Shown here: piece after piece, positions 12,378 to 23,448 of the stretch
Position numbering within the stretch: position 1 is the first letter of the stretch
How the letters are laid out: every line of letters starts with the position of its first letter
Source: Octopus vulgaris
Taxonomy: Eukaryota
Assembly: GCA_951406725.2 (NCBI GenBank)
Contig: OX597814.1
Location: forward strand, 127,162,001-127,226,000
Direction: 5' to 3'
Length of the DNA stretch: 64,000 bases
The notes under the pieces: generated by a model
What the model saw: the letters and a program-made list of their open reading frames with translations, nothing else
The model's database searches: none
What the model was told of the DNA's origin: nothing
Translations under genes and position numbers: made by a program

Positions 12378-13384
12378 TGAATTATTGCTGTTTAAATTGG
12401 TCTTCCGTCGGTTTCGACTATGAATGTCCCAATTGTTCGATCAAACTGATCTACCCACTCATTGAGTGCACACTGACACGTGTACTTTTAAAGTAAACCT
12501 TAAGCAGATTCAGCGTAACAAGCCTGCTACTTTGGAATTACAGGTACATACTACCTGGCGGGATTCGGTATAGTTTCCGTCTATTCAGTTTCACTTAGAA
12601 AGTTTCGATCGACTTGAAGTTATGGTAAAGGACACTCACCCAAGATTACATGTATGAGAATCGAACCCAAGACCTCATATTTGCGAAGCGGACTTTTTGA
12701 TTACTCAGTATGTTTGCATCCGTATACTATTACTATTAATATCTTCATAATCATCGTTATTTTATCACACATAATCTTCCCCTATATCTCTTCCCCTCAT
12801 AGTCTCTCTCTCTCTTTCTTTTCATCTCTCTCTCTCTGCATTGACCTCCATCCTTCATTTCTCATTACCTCCTTCTCTTTATCTGACAGTCTTTTTTTTT
12901 TTTTTATTACCCTGTCTTTCCCTAATTATCTCATTCACAACCATCCTCTACATCTCTCTTTCTCTCCTCTTTTACTAACGACAACCTGTTGAAGTTAAAC
13001 TAATAATGATGTAATATTTCCATCTCTTCCTCCCACTTCTTTATCTCTTTTACTCTTACTTACCCACTCACACTGCACATCGTGTCTTTCACCTTTCTTT
13101 CTCATGTCTTCCTCTCATACTACTTCTCTTCTTACTCACCACATCTCTATTTTTCTCTTATAACTAAATATTTCTCTCACATCCACCACTTCCTCGTCAA
13201 CATTTCGATTTCTTTTTCAACGCTACTCTTCTTTTTCTATTCTTCAACCACCTATTTTCTTCTTTAGTTCTTTATATCTCCTCCCAGTATTTCCTTTCAA
13301 TCTCTTCACACTTAGCCTCAGTGAAAATTTTCACTCCAATGTGTGTGTCTTTTCTGCTTGTCGGTTCTATAAAGCTGAGAAACT

Positions 13385-13865
13385 AACACCAGATTCTATA
13401 TAGCTGACTTTATATATTACTAGAATGTATAACACCGTCCACTGTGCTTCAAGCGTGTGTATTCGTTTCAAATGAATTGCTAGTGCGTATATAAAACTGT
13501 CATCTCAAGATGAATAAAGCTGGTTACTACAATACAAGAATTATGTTTTCTGTAGTAATATTGTGTATATAGCTGTCTACATTGATACCAGCGTGTATAC
13601 AGCAGTCGACTGTATTACCAAGGAGTGTAAAGCCTTCTGCAGTACCTCAAATAGTCGTTATAACTGTCTTCAGTGCTACTAGTGTTATATGTAACTATCT
13701 ACAATACTACCAGGGTAGTCTACACTACTAAAGCTGTATAATGTAACGCCAGGGTGTATATAGATGTAGAATGTATGTAAATGTATGCAATACTTCTTAA
13801 GATATATAGATAGCTGTCTTGTGTTAGCATCAGGATATATAAAGCTGTTTGCTGAGCTACTAGTG
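13385..13865. repeat. Degenerate minisatellite (~28-bp unit like GTGTATATAGCTGTCTACAGTACTACCA)
   Basis: Recurrent GTGTATA/AGCTGTCT/TACTACCA motifs; similar units at 3285-3385 and 20990-21200. Confidence 0.45.
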
Positions 13866-13907
13866 TGTGTGTTCTTTTGTGTACATATGTATGTATATAT
13901 GTGTATA

Positions 13908-14118
13908 TCATCATCATCATCATCATCACCACCACCATCACCATTTAACATCCGTTCTCCATACTGACTTGGGTTTGACAGTTTCACAGGAGCTGGCCGG
14001 ATGGAGAGCTGTCTGGGTTCCATTTTTGTTTTGGTAAGGTTTCTATGGTTGGATGCCCTTCCTAATGCCAACCGCTTTACAGAGTGTACTAGGTGCTTTT
14101 AACATAGCACTGGCATGG
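13908..14118 (-). mobile_element. RTE 3' tail fragment
   Basis: (CAT)n followed by GGATGCCCTTCCTAATGCCAACC. Confidence 0.75.
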
Positions 14119-14149
14119 ATATATGTATGTATATATATGTGTGTGTATA

Positions 14150-14563
14150 TATTCTTTTATTTATTTCAGTCATTTGACTGTGGCCATGCTAGAGCACTGC
14201 CTTTAGTTGAACAAACCGATCCTAGTACTTATTCTATAGGTCTCTTTTGGTGATCCACTAAGTTACAGGGACATAAACACGCCAAAATCCGTTGTCAAAG
14301 CGACGGTGGGGAGACAAACACAGATACACAAACATATATATACATATATATATAACATGTGATCTCTTGAGCACCACCAGCAAAAATATTTTTTTCCTCT
14401 GTCTTCCCTTCTCGGGATCTTTCCTTCTTCTTTGTTTCCGACGAAGAGCTCTGCTCGAAATGTTAAACCCTCCTTCCCTTCTTTCCTGAGCGTCAAATAA
14501 TACTTTAATTGTTCCACGTCCTCGCGTTGCTGTGTTTTTTTCTGTGTTTTCTTGTTTGGATTA

Positions 14564-14641
<78 letters not shown>

Positions 14642-14790
14642 ATGGGTTTCTTTCAGTTTCCACCTACCAAGGCTTTGGTCGGCTTGAGGCTATAGTAGAA
14701 GACACTCGCCCAAGGTGTCAAGCTGTGGGATTGAACCCAGAACCATGTGATTGGGAAGCAAGCTTCTTACTACACAGCCATGCCTGTGCC
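14150..14790 (-). mobile_element. tRNA SINE family E with internal microsatellite, interrupted by a Penelope-like fragment
   Basis: Both halves match the copies at 32290-32742 and 50543-51070. Confidence 0.78.
14360..14567 (+). mobile_element. Penelope-like terminal fragment with a hammerhead-like motif
   Basis: GTTT-CCGACGA-A-GAGC-TCT-GCTC-GAAA-TG-TT-AAAC at 14434-14468, inserted in (TA)n. Confidence 0.5.
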
Positions 14791-14820
14791 TATATATATA
14801 ATGTGCATATATATATATAT

Positions 14821-16325
14821 ATCATCGTTCTCATCATCATCGTCGCCGTTTAACGTCTACTTTTCATGCTGGCATGGGTTGGATGGTTTGACTGAGGACT
14901 GGTGAGCCAGAAGGCTGCACCGGGCTCCAATCTGATCTGGCAAAGTTTCTACAGCTTGATGCCCTTCCTAACGCCAACCACTCCAAGAATGTAATGGGTG
15001 CTTTTACGTGCCACCGGCATGAGGGCCAATCAGGTGGTACTGGCAATGACCATGCTCAGAGGTGTTTTTTACGTGCCACCTGCATGGGAGCCAGTCTGGC
15101 AGTACTGGCAACGACCACGCTTGAATGTTGCTTTTTATGTGCCAGTAAGAAGACGCTGGCAATGATCATATGTGAATGGTGCTTTTCACGTGCCACCAGC
15201 ACGGGAGCCAGTCAGTGGCTGGCAACAATCACGTTCAGATGGTGCTTTTACCGTTCCACTGGCACAAGTGTCAATCAGGTGGTACTGTCATCAGCCATGT
15301 CAGTGATTTTGATTTCACTTGGCTCAACAGGTCTTCGCCAGCAAAGTTTATTGTCCAATGAATGAAAGGTACTCATAAGTGGGCTGGTTATACACCACTG
15401 GCATAGGCCACGAGTTATAGTCTCATTTGGCTTGCCGGGTCTTCTCAAGCACAGCATGTCTCCAAAGGTGAGGCCCAATGTTTGAAGGTCGTGCTTCACC
15501 ACCTCATCCCAGGTCTTCCTGGGTCTACCTCTTCCACCGGTTCCCTCAACTGCTAGGGTGTGACACTTTTTCACACAGCTGTCCTCATCCATTTGCAACA
15601 CATGACCATACCAGAGCAGTCATCTCTCTTGCACACCACATCTGATGCTTCTTAAGTCTAACTTTTCTCTCGGAGTGCTTACACTCTGTCGTGTATGTAC
15701 ACTACCATTACATATCCAGCGGCACATACTGGCTTCATTCCTTGCAAGCTTTCACATGTCCTCAGCAGTCACAGCCCATGTTTCACTGCCATGTAGCATG
15801 ACTGTTCATAAACATGTGTCATGCAGTCTACCTTTTACTCTGAGTGAGAAGCCCTTTGTCACCAGTAGAGGTAGGAGCTCTCTGAACTTTGCCCAGGCTA
15901 TTCTTATTCTAGCAGCTACACTTTCAGAGCATCCACCCTCGTTACTGACTTGGTTACCTATGTAACGGAAGCTATCAACTACTTGTAGTTTTTTTCCCTA
16001 GAATGTGACAGAAGCTGTTCTCTGCACATTTTCAGTGTTTATTGCTCCTGAGCATTTGCCACATACAAAAACTATCTTCCTAGTTAGCCTTCCTTTTATA
16101 TTGCTGTACCTCTTATGTGTCCATAGTTTACAATGGGTACATCTTATAGAGTTTCTACCTACGCCTTTTCTAGAGATCGAGCAGAGCCATCTACCAGAAG
16201 GGATTTGTGGTTTATCTACCTTCCTACTTATTAAGACTTTGGTTTTTAGCTAGGTTGATTCTAAGGTCTTTTGATTCTAATCCTTGCTTCCATACCTGAA
16301 ACTTCTCTAGTTCTGATAGTGACTC
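14821..16325 (-). mobile_element. RTE LINE, 5'-truncated and decayed
   Basis: MDEDSCVKKCHTLAVEGTGGRGRPRKTWDEVVKHDL; upstream zinc-finger-like segment; 3' UTR and (GAT)n tail. Confidence 0.9.
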
Positions 16326-16329
16326 ATTG

Positions 16330-16720
16330 GAATTGGTGTTATGTAAAAATATGTGTGCTGGTGCCACATAGAAAGCACATGTGCCAGTGCTATGTGGGAT
16401 GCACCTGTGCCAATACTACATGGAAAAGCACCTGTGCTGGTGTCACACATAAAGCATCAGGTGTTTGGTATCACATATAAAGCATCTATGACAGTGCCAC
16501 ATGAAAAGCATTCAGTACAATCTGTAAAGTGGTTGGCATTAGAAAGGGCATCTAGCAATAGAAACCATGCCAAAAGCAGACAATTGGAGCCTAGACAATT
16601 ATCTGGCTGGCTATCTTTTGTCAAACCGTCCAATTATGCCTGCATGGAAAACAGACATCAAATGATGATGTTGGTGGTAGTGGTGGTGGTGGTGAGGATG
16701 ATGATGATGATGTTGATGAT
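16330..16720 (+). mobile_element. RTE 3' UTR/tail fragment
   Basis: Repeated GTGCTGGTGCCACATA units, GTGGTTGGCATTAGAAAGGGCATC and a (GAT)n tail. Confidence 0.7.
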
Positions 16721-17559
16721 ATACACAACAGGCTTCTTTCAGTTTTTGTCTACCAAGTCTCTCCTCAGAAAGAAGTTCACTTCTTAACTACACAGGCATA
16801 CCTATGTTGTCAAAAACGATGACAATTTTGTGGGAGAAACTGGTGCATTGAATACAACTAGAAAATTCCTTCATGAATTTCTTACCTAAGACTTCAGAAT
16901 TTTTCTTTAACAGAAAAATATTATCAATAATTCGTAAACATGATAGTAAAAATGTGATTGTAAAATGGTAAAATGAATGGGGTCACGATGGTTCATAAAG
17001 TTCATAGCCAATTGGGCTGTCAAAAATGACAGCTGTTTTACAGATAGCATATTTTATTGTTCTACTGAATGATTTAATGATAGTTAGAAAAAACGTAATT
17101 TGCAAAACAATGAACCACATACATGCAATTATCATGATTCTGAAAGTTATTTACTCACAAAATTCATAGTGAAACTGTGATTTCTGTAGTGTATCTTGTT
17201 TTTGACTCTGTCTTCATTTTTTTTTCTATTTAAATGTAAACTTTGAAATTATATATGTTCTTTTATTCCTTTACTTGTTTCAGTCATTGGACAGCAGCCA
17301 TGAAGTGTTTTCTTTGGGACTCTGTCAGTTATGATAATGAGTGTTTCAGTTGATCTAATCAATGGAACAGCCTGCTCATGAAATTAACTTGCAAGTGGTT
17401 GAACATTCCACAAACATGTGTACCCTTAATGTAGCTCTCAGGGAGTCTCAGCATGACACAGAATGTGACAAGGCTGGCCCTTTGAATTACAGGTACAACT
17501 CTCATTTTTTATTATTTTCTCCCTCCTTTCATTCTCTCTCTCTTGCTCACTCCCTCTGA

Positions 17560-17877
17560 CTGGATAACCTCTACAACAAGATTCCTGTTTCTGTTACTCC
17601 GTCACACTCTAACCTCTCATCACCTGGTACATGGCCATCTCCTCCACTACTTCACCTCCCAAAGGATTTTTGTCTTGCAAGTTACTTGGTGAGTTACTAA
17701 TGCTGGTACCACATAAAAAAAAAACATTCAGTACACACTGTAAAGCAGTTGGCATTAGGAAGGGCATCAAACCATAAAAACCATGCCAAAACAGACAGTG
17801 AAACCTGGTGCAGTTTTCTGGCTTGCTTGCTCCTGTCAAACTGTTCAACCCATGCCAGTATGGAAAATGAGTGTTAA

Positions 17878-17922
<45 letters not shown>

Positions 17923-17985
17923 GTGATGGTGGTGGTGGTGGCGGTGGTAATAATGAGGATGATGACAACAATGACAATGATGATA
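17560..17985 (+). mobile_element. RTE 3' tail fragment with long (GAT)n
   Basis: GTTGGCATTAGGAAGGGCATC...CCCATGCCAGTATGGAAAATGAGTGTTAAATGATGAT. Confidence 0.75.
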
Positions 17986-17999
17986 CAATATATATGTGT

Positions 18000-18755
18000 G
18001 TCTGTCAGGGTGCTCTTCAGTGCTACTGGTAACATGTAACCCAGCACAACCTGGGTTTCAGCAGCTTGATGCAACTCCATTCTTCCAAGACCATCTGTCT
18101 CACCCATGTGATGAGATGCAGAGGAGGCCTCGGAGAGAAGTGTGTGGACATCAGTTTCGCGAACTGTTGTCCACCCTAATAAAAATCACATGAATAGCTC
18201 ATCTGAACCCTGCATGATGCTCTCCACCTCTTCTTCAAGTCCAGTGGCAATGTCTTCATGGGCAACAGGAACAGGTTTGGTATGCTGGAAGCTTCTAGCT
18301 CATGAACACACATTGGCAATGTGCAAGTGATAGTCGTTTTTTCCATAAAGTAGCAGTGATACAGGATTTCGGCTGTGTATGTGTCAGGGCTGGCCTATTT
18401 AGGTATGATGCAGCCCTCCCTGTACCGGGAAACTCCTAGAAAAGGTGGAGTAAGACTCCCATCTTAGTGGGAGAAAAATCTGATCCCATTCTTTGACTTT
18501 GGGAGCGCGGAATGTGAGAATGTTGATGGACATGCAAACTACATACTGACCTGAAAGGCATACCGCACCTGTCTTCCAAGAACTCACCTACTTCAAAATT
18601 GATGTAGCTGCTCTGAGCGCTTCAGTTAATCCAATCAATGGAACAGCAGTGTGCAAGAAGTTGGCTACACGATCTTTTGGAAAGGAAAGGATGCCAGTGA
18701 ACCTTGCATCCATGGCATCGGACTTGCTATCAAAATTGAGTTGGTCAAGAAACAC
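18000..18755 (+). mobile_element. BovB-like RTE 5' region with start of the AP endonuclease
   Basis: LTLGARNVRMLMD...PERHTA...KIDVAALS...GYTIFWKGK...HGIGLAIK resembles the RTE endonuclease N-terminus. Confidence 0.7.
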
Positions 18756-18759
18756 AACA

Positions 18760-20975
18760 CAAGGTTACATAGAGAGTCATAGCCCAACTAATTAGGGAGA
18801 GAGTTTGTCTCGATGAGATGCTGTCTGGTTTTGTGGCAGGAGAAGCACCACTGATGCTATATTTCTGGGAAGGCAGCTGCAAGATAAATATATAGCCAAA
18901 GATAAATCTCTGTACTTGGCTTTTGTTGACTTGGAGAAAACCTTTGACAGGATCCTCTGATCCCTTATCTGGTGGTCAATGAGGAAACTAGGAATAGATG
19001 AGTGGTTAGTGAGAGCTGTACAAGACATGTACAGGGACACTCAGAAAGGTGAGGGTTGGCAATGAGTACAGTGAAGAATTCAGGGTACACGTAGGGGTTC
19101 ACCAAGGATTGGTCCTCAGCCCCCTGAGGAATTTAAGATAGGCTGCTTCTGGGAGCTCCTCTATGCTGATGATCTTGCTCTTATAGCTGAATCACTATCA
19201 GAATTAGAGAAGAAGTTCCAGGTATGGAAGCAAGGTCTAGAATTGACGGGCCAAAACCGAAGTCATAGTAAGTAGGAAGGTAGACAAATCACAAATCCTT
19301 TCGGGTAGATGGCCCTGTTTGATCCGTAGAAAAGGCATAGGTAGAAACTCCATAAGATACACCCAGTGTATGTTATGTGTAAGGTGAGCGAGCTGGAAGA
19401 AACGTTAACACGCCAGGCGAAATGCGTAGCCGTATTTCGCCTGCCGTTACGTTCTGAGTTCAAATTACGCCGAGGTCGACTTTGCCTTTCATCCTTTCAG
19501 GGCCGATAAATTAAGGACCAGTTATGTACTGGGGTCGATATAATCGACTTAATCCGTTTGTCTGTCCTTGTTTGTCCTCTCTGTGTTTAGCCCCTTGTGG
19601 GTAGTAAAGAAATAGGTATTTCATCTGCCGTTACGTTCTGAGTTCAAATTCCGCCGAGGTTGACTTTGCTTTCATCCTTTCGGGGTCAATAAATTAAGTA
19701 CCAGTTACGCACTGGGGTCGATGTAATTGATTTAATCCCTTTGTCTGTCCTTGTTTGTACCCTCTATGTTTTGCCCCTTGTGGGCAATAAAGAAATAAGA
19801 AACTCCATAAGATACACCCAGTGTAAGCTTTGGACACATAAAGGGTGATGCAATATCAGAGGAAAGCTAACAGGGAAAATAGCTTTTGTACGTGGAAGAT
19901 GCACAGGTACAATAAACACCAAAAATGTACAGAGAATAGACTCCATCAATAGCCAGTGGGATAAGCTAGAGGTAGTAGAAAGCTTCCATTATGTAGGCGA
20001 CCAAGTTAGTAGTGGAGGTGGATGCTCCGAGAGTGTAACTGTGAGAATAAGATTAGGCTTGGCAAAGTTCAGAGAGCTCATACCTTTGCTGGTAAGAAAG
20101 GGCCTCTCTCTCAGAGTGAAAGGCAAAATGTATGATGCCTGTGTGTGAACAGCTATGCTACATGGCAGTGAAACATGGGCTGTGACAGCCGAGGACATCA
20201 TAGGCTTGAAATAAATGAATCCAGTATGCTTCACTGGATGTGCAATGTCAGTGTGCATGTTTGACAGAGAGTAAGCATCTTGAAAGAAAAGTTAGGCATA
20301 AGAGGCATCAGATGTGGTGTGCAAGAGAGATGACTGTGTTGGTATGGTCATGTGATGTGTATGAATGAAGACAGCTGTGTAAGAAAGTGTCACACCCTAA
20401 CTGTGGAGGGAACCTGTGGTAGAGATAGACCCAGGAAGACACAGGGCGAGGTGGTGTAGCATGATCTTTCAACTTTGGGCCTCACAGAGGCAATGACTAG
20501 TGACTGAGACCTTTGGCGATATACTGTTCTTGAGAAGGCCTGTGAAGCCAAGTGAAATCGTAGTTGTGGCTGATGCTGGTGCCCTATAACTGACACCTGT
20601 GCTGGTGGCATGTAAAAAGCAGCTTTCAAGTGTTTGGTCTCACAGAGGCAAAGTAGTTGAGTTTCTTTCGAGTGTTGGGCCTCATGGAGGCAATGATCAA
20701 GACTTTTGGCATTGAGAAGAAGACCCATCGAGCTGAGCAAAATCACAGTCATGACAGATACTGGTGTCATGCAAATGGCATCCATGCTGGTAGCACGTAA
20801 AAGCACCTATTACACTCTCAGAGTGGTTGGCATTAGGAAGGGCATCCAATTATAGATACCATGCCAAATCAGACTGGAGTCTGGTGCAGCCTTCCAACTC
20901 ACCAGTCCTGGTCAAACCACCTAAGCCATGCCTGTATGGACAATGGATGTTAAATGATGATGATGATGGTGTTGA
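18760..20975 (+). mobile_element. RTE LINE RT-to-3'-end relic, interrupted by a SINE
   Basis: GFVAGRSTTDAIF..LAFVDLEKTFDR..GVHQGLVLSP..LLYADDLAL; C-terminus and (GAT)n tail; many stops. Confidence 0.92.
19383..19797 (+). mobile_element. SINE family A tandem/dimeric copy
   Basis: Body repeated twice; 28-bp duplication AGAAACTCCATAAGATACACCCAGTGTA at 19343-19370 and 19798-19825. Confidence 0.88.
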
Positions 20976-21493
20976 TGATATTTATATATGTACATGTATA
21001 ACTGTGTACTTTACCAATAGGGCCTAATGTACTATATTTACTATTTGCTCTATAATAGACTATATATTGCTTCTAACTGTGCTAGCAGAGCATACAATGT
21101 ACCTTCTCTACCAATAATAGTTCATGTAATGTATCTTCTGAAATAAACAGAGTGTACAAATATGTCGTTTTTGTCAGAAGGTATGCAATAGGGGCAATTG
21201 TTTATTGCAGATGTTTTGTGGATATGAGAACATTAAATATACAACATTGTACATCACTTGTCTGTGTGCCTGTATACGTGTGTGTATGTGTTTGTGTGTG
21301 TGTGTATGTGTGTGTTAGTCTATTTACACTCAAGATACTTTGTAACTCTGTAAATATTATTTTTTACTGTTGTACATCTGTGTTTTTCAAGTCAAAATGG
21401 GTGGAATGAGTTTACAAATTTGAATGGTTGCATAATATTTGGAAGAGATGTTTCTAGTATTACCGAATACACTAGTTAACTCTAATCACTTAC

Positions 21494-21590
21494 CTCTGAA
21501 GTACAAGTGAAAGAAAACCTGTTGTCAGAGAGGAAGGATGTTTGAATCTGGAGAAAATTCTTAAAATATTTTGAGAGAGAAATATAGCCA
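21494..21590 (-). other. Candidate exon, decayed copy 3 of the first-exon module
   Basis: GAG|GTAAGT donor (intron starts at 21493); possible acceptor TTTTCTCCAG at 21548 giving a 54-nt exon; flanks resemble 3480-3830. Confidence 0.4.
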
Positions 21591-21840
21591 ATTATACCAA
21601 ATCCAGGAAATAATAATATCTCTCTTTCTCACACAAGCACACACTGACAAACAAACAGACAACCCAACAGACACACACACACACTCAAGCATGTAGGCAC
21701 AAAGGTGTGTGTGTGCATACATGTGAAAAAGAAAATGTCAAGGGAAAAGTCATAGAAATAAGCCTTTTGAGTGGATGTAGTAGACAAAAGCTGAAAGAAA
21801 CCTGTCATATATAAATATAAATAATTATATACATGATATG

Positions 21841-22178
21841 AGAAGGCACATGGCTCAGTGGTTAGAGCATCGAGCTTACGATTGTGAGGTTGTGAGTTTG
21901 AATCCCGGACCGGGCTGCGTGTTGTGCTCTTGAGCAAGACACTTTATTTCACGTTGCTCCACTTCACTCAGCTGTAGAAATGAGTTGTGACGTCACAGGT
22001 GCCAAGCTGTATCTGCTGTTGCCTTTCCCTTGAATAACACTGGTGGCGTGGAGAGGGGAGGCCGGTATGCATGGGTGACTGCTGGTCTTCCATAAACAAC
22101 CTTGCCCGGACTTGTGTCTGGGAGGGTAACTTTCTAGGTGCAATCTCACAGTCAGTCATGACCGAAGGGGGTCTTGAC
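21841..22178 (+). mobile_element. tRNA/CORE SINE with a third tail type (family D)
   Basis: TGGCTCAGTGGTTAGAGC..GAGTTTGAATCCC..TTGAGCAAGACACTT followed by a distinct tail. Confidence 0.8.
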
Positions 22179-22239
22179 TATATACATGATATATATATGT
22201 ACGTATGTATGTGTGTATATACATATGTATGTGTGTGTG

Positions 22240-22470
22240 TTACTGTCTCCTTGATTTGACTTTGTGTGGTAGTTGTAAAGAAGTGTCACCCAACATGCAA
22301 AGGATTTCTTTCATTTACAGATTTTTTCTAAAAACATGTCTCACCATGGGATATATTACCTTGCTTGCAAACTGGTGAGGGTTGGTGACAGGAAGAGCAT
22401 CTGGCCATAGAAAATCTGCCCAACCAATGTAAGCATGGAAAAGTGGATGTTAAAACAATGGTAATGATAA
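22240..22470 (+). mobile_element. SINE 3' half ending in an RTE-type tail
   Basis: GGTGAGGGTTGGTGACAGGAAGAGCATCTGGCCATAGAAAA; related copies at 26000-26215 and 63500-63730. Confidence 0.65.
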
Positions 22471-22600
22471 TATTTCCCTCTGTGTGACACCTTGGGCAAA
22501 AGTCTTCAGCAAACAGCCCTAGGCCAACCAAAGCCTCGTGAGTAGATTTTGTAAACATAAACTGAAAAATGCCAGTTTTATATATATATATATATATATA

Positions 22601-22855
22601 TGTGGAGGCATGTGGCTTAGTTGTTAGGGTGTCAGCATTATGATTGTAAGATTGTGGTTTTGATTCCTGGAGTGGGCGACATGATGTGTTCTTGAGCAAA
22701 ACGCTTTATTTCACGTTGCTCCAGTCCACTCAGCTGGCAAAAATGAGTAACGCTGCGATGGACTGGTGTCCTGTACAGCTATGGAACACATACGCCATTG
22801 AAACCGGGAAACTGGGTCCACGAGCCTGGCTAGGCTTTAAAAGGGCGCATTTATT
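22601..22855 (+). mobile_element. CORE SINE family B
   Basis: Collinear with 6164-6419, with CpGs decayed. Confidence 0.85.
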
Positions 22856-22857
22856 AT

Positions 22858-23173
22858 AGTGGAGGCGCAATGGCCCAGTTGTTAGGGCAGCGGACTCACA
22901 GTCGGAGGATTGCGGATTCGATTCCCTGACCGGGCGCTGTGTGTGTTTTTGAGTGAAAATACCTAAAGTTCCATGAAGCTCCGGCAGGGAGTGGTGGCGA
23001 CCCTTGTTGTACTCTTTCGCCCCAACTTTCTCTCACTCTTTCTTCCTGTTTCTTGAGTAACACTGCAATGGACTGGCATCCCGTCCAGTGGGGGGAACAC
23101 ATATGCCATAGAAACTGGGAAACCAAGCCCATGAGCCTGGCTAGGCTTGAAAAGGGCACATAAATAAATAAAT

Positions 23174-23175
<2 letters not shown>
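22858..23175 (+). mobile_element. SINE family B variant with an extra central segment
   Basis: tRNA head, insert CTCCGGCAGGG..CTTTCGCCCCAACTTTC, same tail as family B; related copy at 55670-56005 (-). Confidence 0.8.
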
Positions 23176-23227
<52 letters not shown>

Positions 23228-23448
23228 CCCTTTAGCATTCAGATTACTGTCAAATGTAATGTTTAATTAATCACATTATTTTTAATTAATCATGCATTAT
23301 CTCATAGCTTTGAGATATTTGAAGATGTAATTGTATGTATATTATTAGAATGATGATGTGGTGTTGGTGTGAAAGACCAGATCTGCCTGGTAAAAACAAA
23401 ACAGGTAAAACTTTTGAGCTGGATATGGCTAGTTCAAATGCTAAAGGG
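23228..23448. mobile_element. piggyBac-like MITE
   Basis: TTAA|CCCTTTAGCATT ... AATGCTAAAGGG|TTAA. Confidence 0.88.

Noticed and set aside
14990-15300. CRISPR-like repeat array
   Set aside because: Units are degenerate tandem repeats without unique spacers, lie in a LINE 3' UTR, and there are no cas genes in this eukaryotic context
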